A DNA stretch of 63,100 bases, the filler included, from Collodictyon triciliatum (Eukaryota), in the NCBI GenBank assembly GCA_043381765.1. It is 6 parts of 6 records of this genome, joined end to end, with 100 filler letters (N's around TTAATTAATTAA, not from the genome) between each part and the next. Parts side by side here need not be neighbours in the genome. Positions count along the whole stretch, not along the records: positions 52,457 to 63,100 come from JBHJMP010002381.1; 5 more parts are not named here. The stretch is one strand, 5' to 3'. Position numbers and translations under genes: made by a program. The notes beneath the pieces were generated by a model. That model was not told the origin of the DNA. It made no database searches and saw nothing but the letters and a program-made list of their open reading frames with translations. This document shows, piece after piece, positions 62,975 through 63,100 of the stretch; position 1 is the first letter of the stretch, and each line of letters starts with the position of its first letter.

Positions 62975-63100
62975 TGTATATGTTTGTCCTTCATTTTGTT
63001 CATTTATATATTTACAAATTTATGTTTTATTTTGCGTTATCATACTGCTTTCTTGAAGCATCAAATAACCTGCAATTTTTTTTATCTTTATTAACGCACT
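62975..63100 (+). repeat. Near-exact direct duplicate of intron segment 61671-61796
   Basis: 126 nt with one mismatch (tttaGaaa vs tttaCaaa); both copies follow a poly-T run. Confidence 0.92.

Overview
Eukaryotic, AT-rich, intron-dense protist DNA. It is amoebozoan-like (it carries a Dictyostelium-type FYVE-Slob-WH2 pseudokinase), but the taxon cannot be proven from sequence alone. The window is not one locus. It is six draft contigs joined by artificial 100-nt linkers (44 N + TTAATTAATTAA + 44 N) at 7470, 17421, 29068, 40715 and 52357, and the contigs appear size-sorted, so gene neighbourhoods only mean something within a contig. Exon models were assembled by hand. Contig 1: an internally duplicated multi-pass membrane protein, a hypothetical gene and the 3' part of an RGS-domain gene. 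Contig 2: a fragment of a giant modular EGF-containing surface protein. Contig 3: syntaxin-16, a SHAQKYF MYB factor and a decayed L1/Tx1-like retrotransposon. Contig 4: LAMTOR4 (with a GC-AG intron), prefoldin 3, a 128-aa orphan and an alpha/beta-hydrolase. Contig 5: a BCL7-like gene, a Cache-HAMP class III nucleotide cyclase, a 44-unit 26-bp CpG satellite and L1 fragments. Contig 6: a LAMMER/CLK kinase, TVP23 and a Slob pseudokinase. The best leads are: the cyclase with Asp at the Lys/Glu base-specificity position; the satellite that begins exactly at the end of an L1 endonuclease and shows CpG-decay variants; the giant repeat protein; and duplicated intron/exon junctions that predict truncated isoforms of two genes. 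No tRNA, rRNA or CRISPR array could be supported.
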